Of a stretch of DNA of 50,042 bases, positions 22,326-34,959 are shown one piece after another. The notes below the pieces were generated by a model that searched no databases, was not told the DNA's origin, and saw only the letters and a program-made list of their open reading frames with translations. Source of the stretch: Nemertoderma westbladi (lineage: Eukaryota > Animalia > Xenacoelomorpha); NCBI GenBank assembly GCA_032718475.1, contig JAUCBJ010008231.1, forward strand, positions 1 to 50,042, given 5' to 3'. Made by a program: the position numbers and the translations under genes. Numbering within the stretch: the stretch's first letter is position 1; the number at the start of each line of letters is the position of its first letter.

Positions 22326-25300
22326 AAGAGGCAGATGAAACATACATCAAGTTGATTTCCTTCGTTTCATTATATATTTATGAAATGGATTCGCAGCGCA
22401 CTAAGAAGTCAGGTTATATCATTGACTGAACTGGAGAAGCATTTGAAATCCAACTTAATTGCGGATATCCAGTCTAGATTAGCGCTACTTAGCATCGAAT
22501 GTAGCTGTGGTGGCGGTATCTCCCAACCCATTTCGTTTACAATGTCGGATTTACTTTCGAAATCTTCTACTAAGCTCGGGTTACTTAATCCTTATAAATT
22601 ATTCATTGAATTTTTTGTAAGACTGACTTCGGTAGTCTTCAACAGATCACTTATAATATACTACGCGGAAGTAGGGCGACAAAGGATATCTGGGTTTGAC
22701 AACCATAAAAATTATTGGGTTGAGTGAAAAACCTAATTTATCTTGTTTCTACGTTTTGATTTATATCCAATCGACGATCTGGCGTGATAAACCGTCGTAT
22801 ATTATACCTTATGTAGTCAATTTTGCCAACATGTATCCCCCAAACAAATTGTTAGATTTAAGACGTTTTATAACCTCAACTAAATAATTATTTAATTTAC
22901 AATAGATTTTTCGCAAACTATAAACACATTCGTAACAACTGTTTTGCTACATATACCCTAAATGAAATATCAACATAATCCACCTGATTAATTTAAATTA
23001 AACATTCAAGGATGCAAAATTGTAAAACTCGGCTGTGGGGCGAGCCACGAAGTGTTAGTTGTTTATTGGTGTTGTGAAAATTTAATTCCCACATGAGACA
23101 TTTATATTCCGCCTTATTTCTTATTTCGCAAGAAGTACTCTTCTTGTATAAGTTATCGTAATGGTGTGATATACTTCATTTTATTCAATAATTTAATTAG
23201 TCGATTAATTGGTTAGTTAATTTATAAGCGACACTGATAATAATGTCAACTACCCATCCCCTAACTCCTCATCCCCATCCTTCATGTCTCTCACATCCCC
23301 ACATCGCAGACAACCTGGCAACCACATCTTCTCCAACCAACCAATAGAAACTCTAAATGCTGCTGTAATATATGATTTGATTTTAATATCGGTGCGGAAA
23401 CACAGTAGATAAAGCACTGCGTATTCGGTTCAATGAACCGAAATTATTACTCTTTTGTTTCCTGTTCAAAAATGATTTATCATCTATTCCGGCCCCGCCC
23501 TAGCTATTTATAGCGGCCCAGTTAGGTGGTTACACACCCCAGTTAGTGCGCCAGGCATCACTTAATTTGGATAAGCTATACGGTTTTGATCATTAGAGAT
23601 TCCAACAAAATACTATATATCATTGGGAATTCCGTTTGTCATGAACTTGTGTAAATCCTCCCTTCTCAGTTAAACTAAATCCTTTGGCTGTTGTTTCAAC
23701 TGGGTTATGTTAAATTTCCATTGGTTGAAATACTGAAGCTGAGATCTTATACAATCAATAGCATAGGAGTTACTGTATTTTAATAGTTGTAAATTGATAC
23801 CCAATTCATACTGAAGAATTTAATAATTAAACAAATAAAAAATATATATATATATAATGAGTGTAAATATATATATATACAACGATTGATCTAATAATCT
23901 AATATTAAAATATATTATCTGCGCTGCGTGAAGTTTTAGCCTTCACAGTATCGTATTCCTCTACGGTACAGTCTGTTTGTTAATTGGTGTTAACTAGTAT
24001 TTAAATGATTAAATACATGTTTGTTTGCGTAGTTGCCTCGACAACCGTAGATCAATTTATTGTTTAATTTTCATAGTATTTGAGATTATTATATTTACAT
24101 AAGTTTTATTAATATATTTCGTTGCTTTTGTATATTAGACGTATATGAATCGAACTATTTTACTCTCTAAAGTTTATCGTAAAGAACTGTAAAGTCTACT
24201 TTTCATCTTTATTGTTTCTGTACTTTCAGCTGTATTATGTAACCCACTGTAGTGTAATGTGTTACCTGGCAACTCGTTGTTAATTCAAACGGCGATAAGA
24301 AATATTACAACTTTGAAATTGAATCAATAATAGCGGAATTTGTTCTGATATTATTTATTGCCTTCTATATCTATAATTCATTGTAAATTAATATATAATA
24401 TATATTTTGATAATAGTATGCTAATAACACCAAGGGCGACCTACACGGTTGCCTGGTGTGTTTGTAGCTGTTATTATAGGGTCGTTGTTTAACGCACACA
24501 ATCATTCCTTATTTAGGCATTACCAGCATTAAACAAGCATTCAATAATATCTAATTAAAATTAAATATATATAAGGCATCGGGTGGATGAATCAAGCTAA
24601 ATCAAAAATTGTTATTGTTGTGTTATAAAGTCCTGATCACGATTTCTCGGTGAATGTTATTCATTATTTACTAGAAGAAACCATTCATATCATTTATAAC
24701 GTAACCCATATTATTGTTTGTTTGATGAGATATAATTAATGGTAACATCCGTGAGAGCTGAGTGCTGACCAAAGATCAATTAATCGTATTTATTTTATTC
24801 ATAATAATTATTCTAATTAAGTTATTCATTACAATATCTCAACAGCGCGGGAGTTGTCGATAGTTGGTTGGGAGACTAGAGGAGAATATGGACTAATGAT
24901 CCTCTGTTTATCTATAAGTTCAATCACCGATTACAATGTCTATAAATATCTTATTAAGTTGATTAGAAATTAATATAACTATTTATTATATCACTATCGT
25001 AAGATTCGTAAGATTATATTACTTATATATTACTTGTTTCGATGGTATTATTACCAAGAATATTTCTATAATCACTTATTGCTATCACAAAGTAACATTA
25101 GTGCTACAAAGTAACATTAGTGCTACAATGTTACGTATGTGTGATCAAAATCAGTTACACGTAGTTCACTTGTTTTTATAATTATAATAAATTATTATGC
25201 TACTACTACTACTAGGCCGAGCGAACTCGGACAGTGGAAATAAGATCCTTCCAGGCTTCCTAATTCTCCATAGTTGTCGCAATTTCGTTTCTCCCAAGTT

Positions 25301-25391
25301 CAGTATCCCTTTCAAGTTGATCTATATATGTTATGGCAGGTCGTCCACGACTACGCTTTCCATGAGTTGGTTGCCGGAATAGTAGATCTGG

Positions 25392-25770
25392 TATGACCTC
25401 GTCTTTACTTCTCCAACAGTGCCCACTGAATCTTAATCTGCGTTCACGGAGGGTGGTTGATACAGGTGGTATTGTTCCTTGTGATTGTGTTATTATTTAT
25501 TGTATTCTGTTTACATTGTACTTAGGGTACCTGGAGAGATCTGATTTCCAGATGGTATCCATTTTTGATAGAGCTACCCAAGCCTTTGCTTTCCTAACTT
25601 CTATGTCCTTTTTGCTACTCTCTATCCATGATCCAAGGTATTGGAAGTCGTCGACCTTCCTTAGTTGATTATTATCAATTGTTGACAAGTTTCCATCAAC
25701 ATTAAAGGTCATGAATTCGGTCTTGGTAGCATTTATATGCAATCCAACCTCCTTAGCAGACAGCCCTCTC
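25392..25770 (-). mobile_element. RTE-clade LINE reverse transcriptase C-terminal fragment, internally deleted
   Basis: HINATKTEFM...VDDFQYLGSWIESSKKDIEVRKAKAWVALSKMDTIWKS is followed after a gap by PPVSTTLRERRLRFSGHCWRSKDEVI (25392-25480). Confidence 0.85.
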
Positions 25771-27037
25771 CACTTTGATTATTAAAACATTATATTAAGA
25801 GTTAAGGTCTTCTTTATAGTCCAGCATGACGGTTTTTCAGTGTAGGCCTACAGTTCAGCATCGGAGTTTATAGTAAATGTTTTGGGTGATCAATATTCCC
25901 ACTGATGTCCAGATGGCATCATTGAGGATTTTGTGTAATTTGCAATAATTATATAAATTGTCCCCAGAAACGGTTAATATTTTTCATCCCATTGCTTCCC
26001 TACATTCTAGTAATAAATTTACTGTTGAAAAAATAAACAAACTGATTCATGATTCCATTACAATTAAACTAACATCACCGGAATCCCCATCCTTTGGCGA
26101 CTTTTATGAAATATTCAGTTGAGTCACACCTCAGGTATTTTTGCTGGAGACGTTTATGCAAGTTTTCTGGAATACACCCATGTGGAATCGAGAATCGTAT
26201 TGAGTTTGCATATAAAGTCGATACGGTATAGAATATAGACATCAATGATGCCAGTTGGACATCAGTCGGATTATTGATGACAACGATATTACCAACCCGA
26301 ATGAGTTAAAACATTTACTGTAGGTATACGTCCATACTACTGGAGGGTATAATGCAATATCTGTCGGACTATTACAAGTATTTTCTACTTTACCCTTATG
26401 CTCACATCCAATTCGGTTTTGAATTCGCGGCTGAGTAACTTCATCACAAATTCCATCTCGGCGAATTAACAATGTATATTAAGGGGAAGGAGAAGGTTAA
26501 GAGGCATGTTATTCTAATATGCTAACCAAAACAATAAACGTGAGTCAATAGCTCACGGGTTATATTTTCTTTTTTGCTTGTAAATAATTAATCAGCTGTA
26601 ATTTATGTCGGCTTTTCACTGGAGAGGAATGAATTTTGATGCGTTAAGATTACACCCCATCCTCCATCTGCCCATTACGCTGAAACGCCAATTACAGAAA
26701 AACAAACGTTATTTATATTCAAAATGAATCAATAAAGTAATTGTTCTATAAATTATTCCTTAGAATTAAACTGCTATGTATGTCGCAAACATGAGACACC
26801 GCACTCGATGTGATTAAACAATTAGTATCAGCTCAGCTCAGCATTGGCATTCTTTTGTCGGCTTTGCCTTCTCACATTCACAGGCTTAGCATTATTATTA
26901 CCAAAATATTTGTATGTTATGTTTAGACGATAAATAAGTAATTTTTTTCGGGTTCATGTGTGTGAATAGCTGTGACGCTGTATGTGTGATTATGTTCAAT
27001 AGTTCACTTAACAGTTGCTTTGTTTGATGAACAACAA

Positions 27038-27285
27038 GGGGGGGGGGGGGGGGGGGGGGGGGACTGGACGCAATAAAAAGGGAAAATGAACGCCAATAAC
27101 AGTTGATTACTCTCAAAAATAAAGCTGTAACCTGTTCTATTGAGTTTAGTTTATTGTTTTGGTTAAAATAGCGTGCTACTGTAACCTGCCCCTTTCCCTA
27201 AATTGAGAATTTAACATTGAGGCGGGATATCAATTCGTCAAGATGGGATTTGCGTCCAGTTCCCCCCCCCCCCCCCCCCCCCCCC
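27038..27285. repeat. Inverted repeat with poly-G / poly-C arms
   Basis: G25-ACTGGACGCAA (27038-27073) ... TTGCGTCCAGT-T-C24 (27250-27285). Confidence 0.7.
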
Positions 27286-29149
27286 TGTCTCTAACTGTGA
27301 TAATTAGAGGTTCTAGATAGAGTAGGTACTACGCCTACTCTAGAGAGTAAGCATAGTGCTGGACATCAAACGGGATAGAAAACAATAGACGGTGATTGGC
27401 TGATACATCGCGGTTGATGAATTGGTCGGGATCTTCCCGCTCAATTGGTAAAAAATTAAACTGACAACTACCCTATTTATTACTTGGAAAATAATGTATA
27501 ACTGGCTTTTTTTCCCGCGGACCCTGAGCTTTAGAAATTGTCAAACGAGCATAGCGATGTTAAAATATACATCATTAGATCATTAGAGGAAAAAGTACAA
27601 CGATAAAAATTACCTTTTGCCTTTCCGTTGATTCGATTTTGAGATGTGGTGTGTGTGATAGTACAAGTAGGCCTAAATATCACAAATTCCGCGAGTAGTG
27701 ACGGTTGCTGATAGCTGATAGGTAGCCCTACACGTTAATGGAATGTCCGCAATTTTTTGTAAATATGCCAATGTATATAAAAGTAAGAATCCGCCATTTT
27801 CAGTAAGTTGCCTTGGTTTCGCTATACCATCCATGTATTTGTATGAATGAACTCCAATCCTTATTTCTGAATGAACTCCAATCCTTATTTCTGAAATTTC
27901 GGCTATAAATCAGTTAAAAAGTCAATTTTGTGGAATCGAAGTCGTTAATAAAGAAACATGAATCTCTGGGAGCCTTCTCCAATCACAGTCAGTCAGTACG
28001 TTAATCATATTTATGATGCTGGTTCCAGGTGACTGCAACAGTAAACTGCAATTCATGGAGCTTCTCATCAGCAACTTCAAAATAAATATAGATTGATTAT
28101 TACTGAATATCGTCCGTGTTTTTCGGTTAGCGAACACAGAAACTAAACACAATCACCATTATATTTCGGGACTGTGCCACGGAATATAAACACGGTAGTA
28201 ACAAACACCTAATGCATCTCAATGCTCCTACCAACCCCAATCGGTATGCGATACGATGGCCTTGTATGGATGGAATATAACCTTGAACTGTCAAATTATT
28301 ACGCTGTAAATCAATAATTATAACAGTTGATAAATTTATTTAAGTTTGATTCCTATGCCATCATCGTGTACATCACATTCCAGGACAATACCTTGTAATG
28401 ACCGTTTGTCATTTACAAGACAAGAAGCTTCCTTCTAAGCCAATCTGTGGCCGTAATATATGCAGTTGTTCGAATATATTATTCATGATAGGATGGACTA
28501 GATATGCTAATTTCTGATTGCTCAGCCATATAAACTGGGTCCTGCTATGCTAGATTTAATTGATAAATTCTTACCCATAATAAGTTAGGTTGTAGGGTAA
28601 TATGCGATTATACGACTTAAAGTACTTAGAGTGTGAGACAGTGCCAGTGATGCCAAACAAACTTAACCATAATATTTTGCATAAAATATTTATTGTATTT
28701 TGTGGTATTATAATAAAGGCTAGACTAGACTTCAGACAAGATAAATGAAAGCAATGTGAAGTGACCTACAGTGTACTATTCACTATCGCGTATTGTTTTG
28801 GTTAGATAATAACCTGCCAATGTAACTTTTTCGTTCCTCCTAATATGTTACGTCGTCTACCGCTGAATAATTTTGAAAAAAGTTTGAGATATGTCTTGTA
28901 CCATTTTTATTTATCCCTTCCAATGTTTAAACAAGATGTCACAATCAATTCATATATTTGAAGGATTTTCAAAATAATGCTGTCACCGTGTGCAGGCGCC
29001 AGACTTTGCATCTTCTGCCGATAAATACAAGTTTCAGTAGATATTTTTTATTTATTACATCGAATTGAGAGCCCAAACAAACCTATCACTTAGGAAACAG
29101 GACCAAACAATCAACATACTAACTAATTATATTAATGCCTTTAGCGTGA

Positions 29150-29570
29150 TTATTCGCATCTTCAAGGCCAGTGTCCTTTAAGATGCGTCTCAAGAAAGTC
29201 ATGGGCTGTCCACCATGCTTATTCACTCCATGAGGCTGCCAAAGTACAAGATTATGCACTGGCTGGTCCTCACGGCGAAAGCAATGTCCTGCAAAGCGGA
29301 GGCGATTTTGTTCTAGTGTCAAGCTTGGGGGAACCAATGAGACACCTCCAATGTTATATAGTGTCTGGTTAGAGATGTGTGCATTGTACTTGACACAATG
29401 AACCCGGCGTAGCATTCTTGTGAATGTGCCATCCAGAGATTTGGTGTCCTCAGCAGTTAGAGCCCAGCATGGACTCCCATAGAGGAGTACTGGAACTACT
29501 GCTGCTCTAAATAATCGGACCTTAATTTTCCGATAAATTCTCGGTGACTTCCAAATCCTGGAAATCCTGT
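29150..29570 (-). mobile_element. RTE-clade LINE ORF C-terminal fragment
   Basis: SRIWKS...KVRLFRAAVVPVLLYGSPCWALT...LDGTFTRMLRR...HISNQTLY...RLRFAGHCFR...LVLWQP. Confidence 0.85.
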
Positions 29571-29589
29571 ACTGGACTAGGTTGCCCTT

Positions 29590-29725
29590 CTTGTCCGAGG
29601 GGCAATAGTCCAGGGGGCAATTGTCCAGGGGGCAATTGTCCTCAGGGGAATTTTCCTCGGGGGCAATTGTCCGGGTGGCAACAGTCCGGGAGGGCAATTG
29701 TCCGGGGGGCAATTGTCCTGTCACG
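29590..29725. repeat. 15-16-bp GGGGGCAATTGTCC tandem array, probably a single arm of a foldback-type element
   Basis: About 8 units ending in ...attgtcctgtcacg. The architecture resembles the right arm of the 8033-9199 element. Confidence 0.75.
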
Positions 29726-29759
29726 ACTTTCTATATGCAGGAGACTTGGGACAAGCATA

Positions 29760-29920
29760 GTCCAGCATAGAGCACAGCATGGACTCGGGAGTACAAATAG
29801 GAATTACACATGTACTGGTTGCACCTGCTGCCCTAAATAATCGAACCTTCAGAGTCTGTCTTATTCTTGAAACTCCAAATCCTGGACAGACTATTCAATG
29901 CTTCCCATGCCGTTGCATTT
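29760..29920 (-). mobile_element. Second degenerate RTE LINE fragment
   Basis: The minus strand reads ATAWEALNSLSRIW / (frameshift) / LKVRLFRAA, paralogous to the start of the 29150-29570 fragment. Confidence 0.6.
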
Positions 29921-30088
29921 CTTATCCTGGAGAAATAAAACATAGAATGGATTTGTGTCATCATGTCGACGATATAGTGATCTGGTGCAAAACAGACAAC
30001 AGCCAGGTGGCTGTCTTGTAAATCTCCCTATCTTGGCTCGCTATTTACCTAAACACACCCGGGTTGGTTATGACGCTGAAACGTGCTT

Positions 30089-30213
30089 AAGTTTTCACGC
30101 AATGACGTGAATAGTTAGTGTGATACTTAGTGTGATACTTAGTGTGCCACACGTAAGTTTTCACGCAATGACGTGAATAGTTAGTGTGATACTTAGTGTG
30201 ATACTTAGTGTGC
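30089..30213. repeat. Tandem duplication (~66-bp period) with internal 12-bp repeats
   Basis: aagttttcacgcaatgacgtgaatagttagtgtgatacttagtgtgatacttagtgtgcc occurs twice. Confidence 0.85.
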
Positions 30214-30791
30214 CCCACTTAAGTGGAACATGTTACTCATCCACATCGTTTTCTGTACATGTGAATAATATGATGCACAAATATTTATCAAGATATCAAT
30301 TTAAATTATGTACAGTAGGTACTTGACAACTTTAAGTCAATTTAGCTTTATCAACCTTGTTGATGTTTTCGGCTGTTGGTTGTTCGGTTTTTACTTTGTA
30401 GGCTAATTTAAGATTTTCTCTCTTACAAGCAACATCAGAATCTTCCCATGGCACATACTGTTTTCATTTGAGGGAAATATGCTTCGTAGCTGATTCCTTG
30501 TGGGCTTTTATTATTATTCTGGTATATTGAATCGGTAGACTCAATACTAGTCTTCATCCATTGACTGAAGTACTTCAAAGCAGTACTTCTACTGTATAGC
30601 ATCCTTTACTGCATTGCAGATCTGAGTTTCTCCCAGTCATAGTTGATTTGCTTGCATGTGTCATCCACAGCTTCACCTTACTCTTCTTTCGAATGTGGTG
30701 TTTGTTGATATATATTCACATTTTTCCATTAAATATTTCACCTTATATTGAGATATTGCACGTACAATTTTGAATTATGTAATATTTTTAT

Positions 30792-31529
30792 CATGACCTA
30801 CTATAGACACGACCCGCCAAGCTGCTGCAAAGCCCCTAAATTTAGTGGGCCAGTTATTTCTCTTAGATAGAACCCCTGAAACAATAGGTCTAGCGCGTCG
30901 AAAGTACATTACATACAAAATTATGTCCCCTTTCAGATGAGGCAAATAAAAATTTAATAACTCCAGTAGATTTAGAGATATGTGGAGTTCATGGCACCAA
31001 TTTTATCACTTCTAAAGGATATGAAAAAAATTACTCCAATTACGCAACCTTTCAAAGTCTTTGGTATAACCAACCATATTATTATTATTATTTCGTGTGT
31101 TGAATTCATTATTATCAATTGAAAGGGAAGAGAGATTAAGTCAAAACACTGATTTTTATAATAGACACAAATTATTATTAATAATGAATTCAACACACCA
31201 AAAAATAATAATATGATTGGATATTACAAATACAAAGTCTTTAAAGGGAAGCCTATTTCGAGGATTTTTTTTTCCAAATCCGAAAGGCGCTGAAATGGGT
31301 GCCAGGAACTGCTCTTATCTCGAAAACAACTGGAGCTAATGGGTGCCAGGAACTGCTCTTATCTCGAAAACAACTGGAGCTATACAATTTTTATTTGCCT
31401 CATCTGAAAGAAAACATAATCGACGCGCTAGACCTATTGTTTCAGGGGTTCTATCTAAGAGAAATAACTGGCCCACTAAATTTAGGGGCTTTGCAGCGGT
31501 TTGGCGGGTCGTATCTATAGTAGGTCATG
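30792..31529. mobile_element. MITE, probably P-element superfamily, with long TIRs and 7-bp TSD
   Basis: Termini CATGACCTACTATAGA...TCTATAGTAGGTCATG, near-perfectly inverted over ~110 bp and continuing imperfectly inward. Flanked by TTTTTAT at 30785-30791 and 31530-31536. Confidence 0.85.
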
Positions 31530-31686
31530 TTTTTATAATTTTAATTATCAATTGTAACTGAATAATAATATTAAATAACCACAATTACATTATTTTGTGT
31601 AAATTTCGATTAATTTCATTATGTACTCCTGTAATTCTCTCAAACAAAATCGATTGATATCCTTTAATAACTAAAACGAAAGCGAT

Positions 31687-31834
31687 ATGTTCCGACTTGG
31701 AGAAGATTCGCCTACCGAGTCACCATGCGGTTCCGGATGCCCGTCGCCGTTAACAACCAGTGTGGAATACACCAGTTCCACATCCCCATCAACAAACCCA
31801 TCCGATCCCATCCAGGCTCTAAGTATTGCATCTG
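31687..31834 (+). CDS. Candidate first coding exon of an unidentified gene (Ser/Pro/Thr-rich, 49 aa, phase 1)
   Basis: A GC-richer island that is open from the ATG at 31687 (MFRLGEDSPTESPCGSGCPSPLTTSVEYTSSTSPSTNPSDPIQALSIAS) to a consensus donor G|GTAAGT at 31835. No homology recognised. Confidence 0.4.
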
Positions 31835-31872
31835 GTAAGTACAATATGTATAGTATTATTTGTTAGTAGACT

Positions 31873-34842
31873 CGGCTGATATTGGTTGGTAGGCTCACCT
31901 ATTGGTTGGTGGATCAGCTGATATTGGTTGGTGGATCAGCTGATATTGGTTGGTGGGTCAGCTGATATTGGTTGGTATGCTCAGTTGATATTGGTTGGTA
32001 GGCTCATATGATATAGGTTGGGGGATCAGCTGATATTGGTTGGCGGATCAGCTGATATTGGATGGTAGGCTCAGTTGATATTGGTTGGTAGGCTCAGCCG
32101 ATATTGGTTGGTAGGCTTAGCTATTGGTTGGTGGATCAGCTGATATTGGTTGGTAGGCTCAGATGATATTGGTTGGTGGATCACAGCTGATATTGGTTGG
32201 TAGGCTCAGTTGATATTGGTTGGTAGGCTCAGCCGATATTGGTTGGTAGGCTCTGCTATTGGTTGGTGGATCAGCTGATATTGGTTAGTGGGTCAGCTGA
32301 TATTGGTTGGTAGGCTCCGTTGATATTGGTTGGTAGGCTCAGCTATTGGTTGGTGGATCAGCTGACATTGGTTGGTAGGCTTAGTTGATATTGGTTGGTA
32401 GGCTCAGCCGATATTGGTTGGTAGGCTCAGCTATTGGTTGGTGGATCAGCTGATATTGGTTAGTGGGTCAGCTGATATTGGTTGGTAGGCTCAGTTGATA
32501 TTGGTTGGTAGGCTCAGCTATTCGTTGGTGGATCAGCTGATATTGGTTGGTGGATCAGCTGATATTGGTTGGTGGATCAGCTGATATTGGTTGGTGCATC
32601 AGCTGATATTGGTTGGTGGGTCAGCTGATATTGGTTGGTAGGCTCAGTTGATATTGGTTGGTATGCTCAGTTGATATTGGTTGGTAGGCTCATATGATAT
32701 TGGTTGGGGGATCAGCTGATATTGGTTGGCGGATCAACTGATATTGGATGGTAGGCTCAGTTGATATTGGTTGGTAGGCTCAGCCGATATTGGTTGGTAG
32801 GCTTAGCTATTGGTTGGTGGATCAGCTGATATTGGTTGGTAGGCTCAGATGATATTGGTTGGTGGATCACAGCTGATATTGGTTGGTAGGCTCAGTTGAT
32901 ATTGGTTGGTAGGCTCAGCCGATATTGGTTGGTAGGCTCTGCTATTGGTTGGTGGATCAGCTGATATTGGTTAGTGGGTCAGCTGATATTGGTTGGTAGG
33001 CTCCGTTGATATTGGTTGGTAGGCTCAGCTATTGGTTGGTGGATCAGCTGACATTGGTTGGTAGGCTTAGTTGATATTGGTTGGTAGGCTCAGCCGATAT
33101 TGGTTGGTAGGCTCAGCTATTGGTTGGTGGATCAGCTGATATTGGTTAGTGGGTCAGCTGATATTGGTTGGTAGGCTCAGTTGATATTGGTTGGTAGGCT
33201 CAGCTATTCGTTGGTGGATCAGCTGATATTGGTTGGTGGATCAGCTGATATTGGTTGGTGGATCAGCTGATATTGGTTGGTGCATCAGCTGATATTGGTT
33301 GGTGGGTCAGCTGATATTGGTTGGTAGGCTCAGTTGATATATTGGTTGGTATGCTCAGTTGATATTGGTTGGTAGGCTCTGATGATATTGGTTGGTGGAT
33401 CAGCTGATATTGGTTGGTGGATCAGCTGATATTGGTTGGTAGGCTCAGTTGATATTGGTTGGTAGGCTCAGCCGATATTGGTTGTAGGCTTAGCTATTGG
33501 TTGGTGGATCAGCTGATATTGGTTGGTAGGCTCAGTTGATATTGGTTGGTAGGCTCAGCTATTCGTTGGTGGATCAGCTGATATTGGTTGGTGGATCAGC
33601 TGATATTGGTTGGTGGATCAGCTGATATTGGTTGGTGGATCAGCTGATATTGGTTGGTGGGTCAGCTGATATTGGTTGGTATGCTCAGTTGATATTGGTT
33701 GGTAGGCTCAGATGATATTGGTTGGTGGATCAGCTGATATTGGTTGGTGGATCAGCTGATATTGGTTGGTAGGCTCAGTTGATATTGGTTGGTAGGCTCA
33801 GCCGATATTGGTTGTAGGCTTAGCTATTGGTTGGTGGATCAGCTGATATTGGTTGGTAGGCTCAGATGATATTGGTTGGTGGATCAGCTGATATTGGTTG
33901 GTAGGCTTAGATGATATTGGTTGGTAGGCTCAGCCGATGTTGGTTGGTAGGCTCAGCTATTGGTCGGTGGATCAGCTGATATTGGTTGGTGGGTCAGCTG
34001 ATATTGGTTGGTAGGCTCCGTTGATATTGGTTGGTAGGCTCTGCTATTGGTTGGTGGATCAGCTGATATTGGTTGGCAGGGTTAGCTATTGGTTGGTGGA
34101 TCAGCTGATATTGGTTGGTAGGCTTAGCTATTGGTTGGTGGATCAGCTGATATTGGTTGGTAGGCTTAGCTATTGGTTGGTGGATCAGCTGATATTGGTT
34201 GGTAGGCTCAGATGATATTGGTTGGTGGATCAGCTGATATTGGTTGGTGGATCAGCTGATATTGTTTGATAGGCTCAGTTGATATTGGTTGGTAGGCTCA
34301 GCCGATATTGGTTGGTAGGCTCAGCTATTGGTTGGTGGATCAGCTGATATTGGTTGGTGGGTCAGCTGATATTGCTTGATAGGCTCCGTTGATATTGGTT
34401 GGTAGGCTCAGCTATTGGTTTGTGGATCAGCTGATATTGGTTGGTAGGCTCAGCTATTGGTTTGTGGATCAGCTGATATTGGTTGGTAGGCTTAGTTGAT
34501 ATTGGTTGGTAGGCTCAGCCGATATTGGTTGGTAGGCTCAGCTATTGGTTGGTGGATCAGCTGATATTGGTTGGTGGGTCAGCTGATATTGGTTGGTAGG
34601 CTCAGTTGATATTGGTTGGTAGGGTCAGCTATTGGTTGGTGGATCAGCTGATATTGGTTGGTGGGTCAGCTGATATTGGTTGGTAGGCTCAGTTGATATT
34701 GGTTGGTAGGCTCAGCTATTGGTTAGTGGATTAGCTGATATTGGTTGGTGGATCAGCTGATATTGGTTGGTTGGTCAGCTGATATTGGTTGGAGGATCAG
34801 CTGATATTGATTAGTGGGCTCAGCTGATATTGGTTAGTAGAC
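31873..34842. repeat. 21-23-bp satellite with higher-order structure
   Basis: Units gatattggttggtggatcagct and gatattggttggtaggctcag(c/t)t. Rare variants recur with a 686-bp period (ggctcatatg at 32001 and 32687; tcacagctga at 32181 and 32867). Confidence 0.97.
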
Positions 34843-34959
34843 ACGTTAGGCAATGCAATGTTTAGGAACTACTATTTTTACAGGAACTACATATTTTTTT
34901 GTAAATGCTCTCAGCAATGGGCAAGGTATAGTACCAAATTGATCTGCTGATAAAAATTT

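Noticed and set aside
18896-22429. Dozens of short Cys-rich ORFs
   Set aside because: These are artefacts of the 53-bp minisatellite read in rotating frames.
26242-28152. ORFs 26242-26472, 26898-27116 and 27922-28152
   Set aside because: No homology recognised. The poly-Pro run derives from the poly-G tract.
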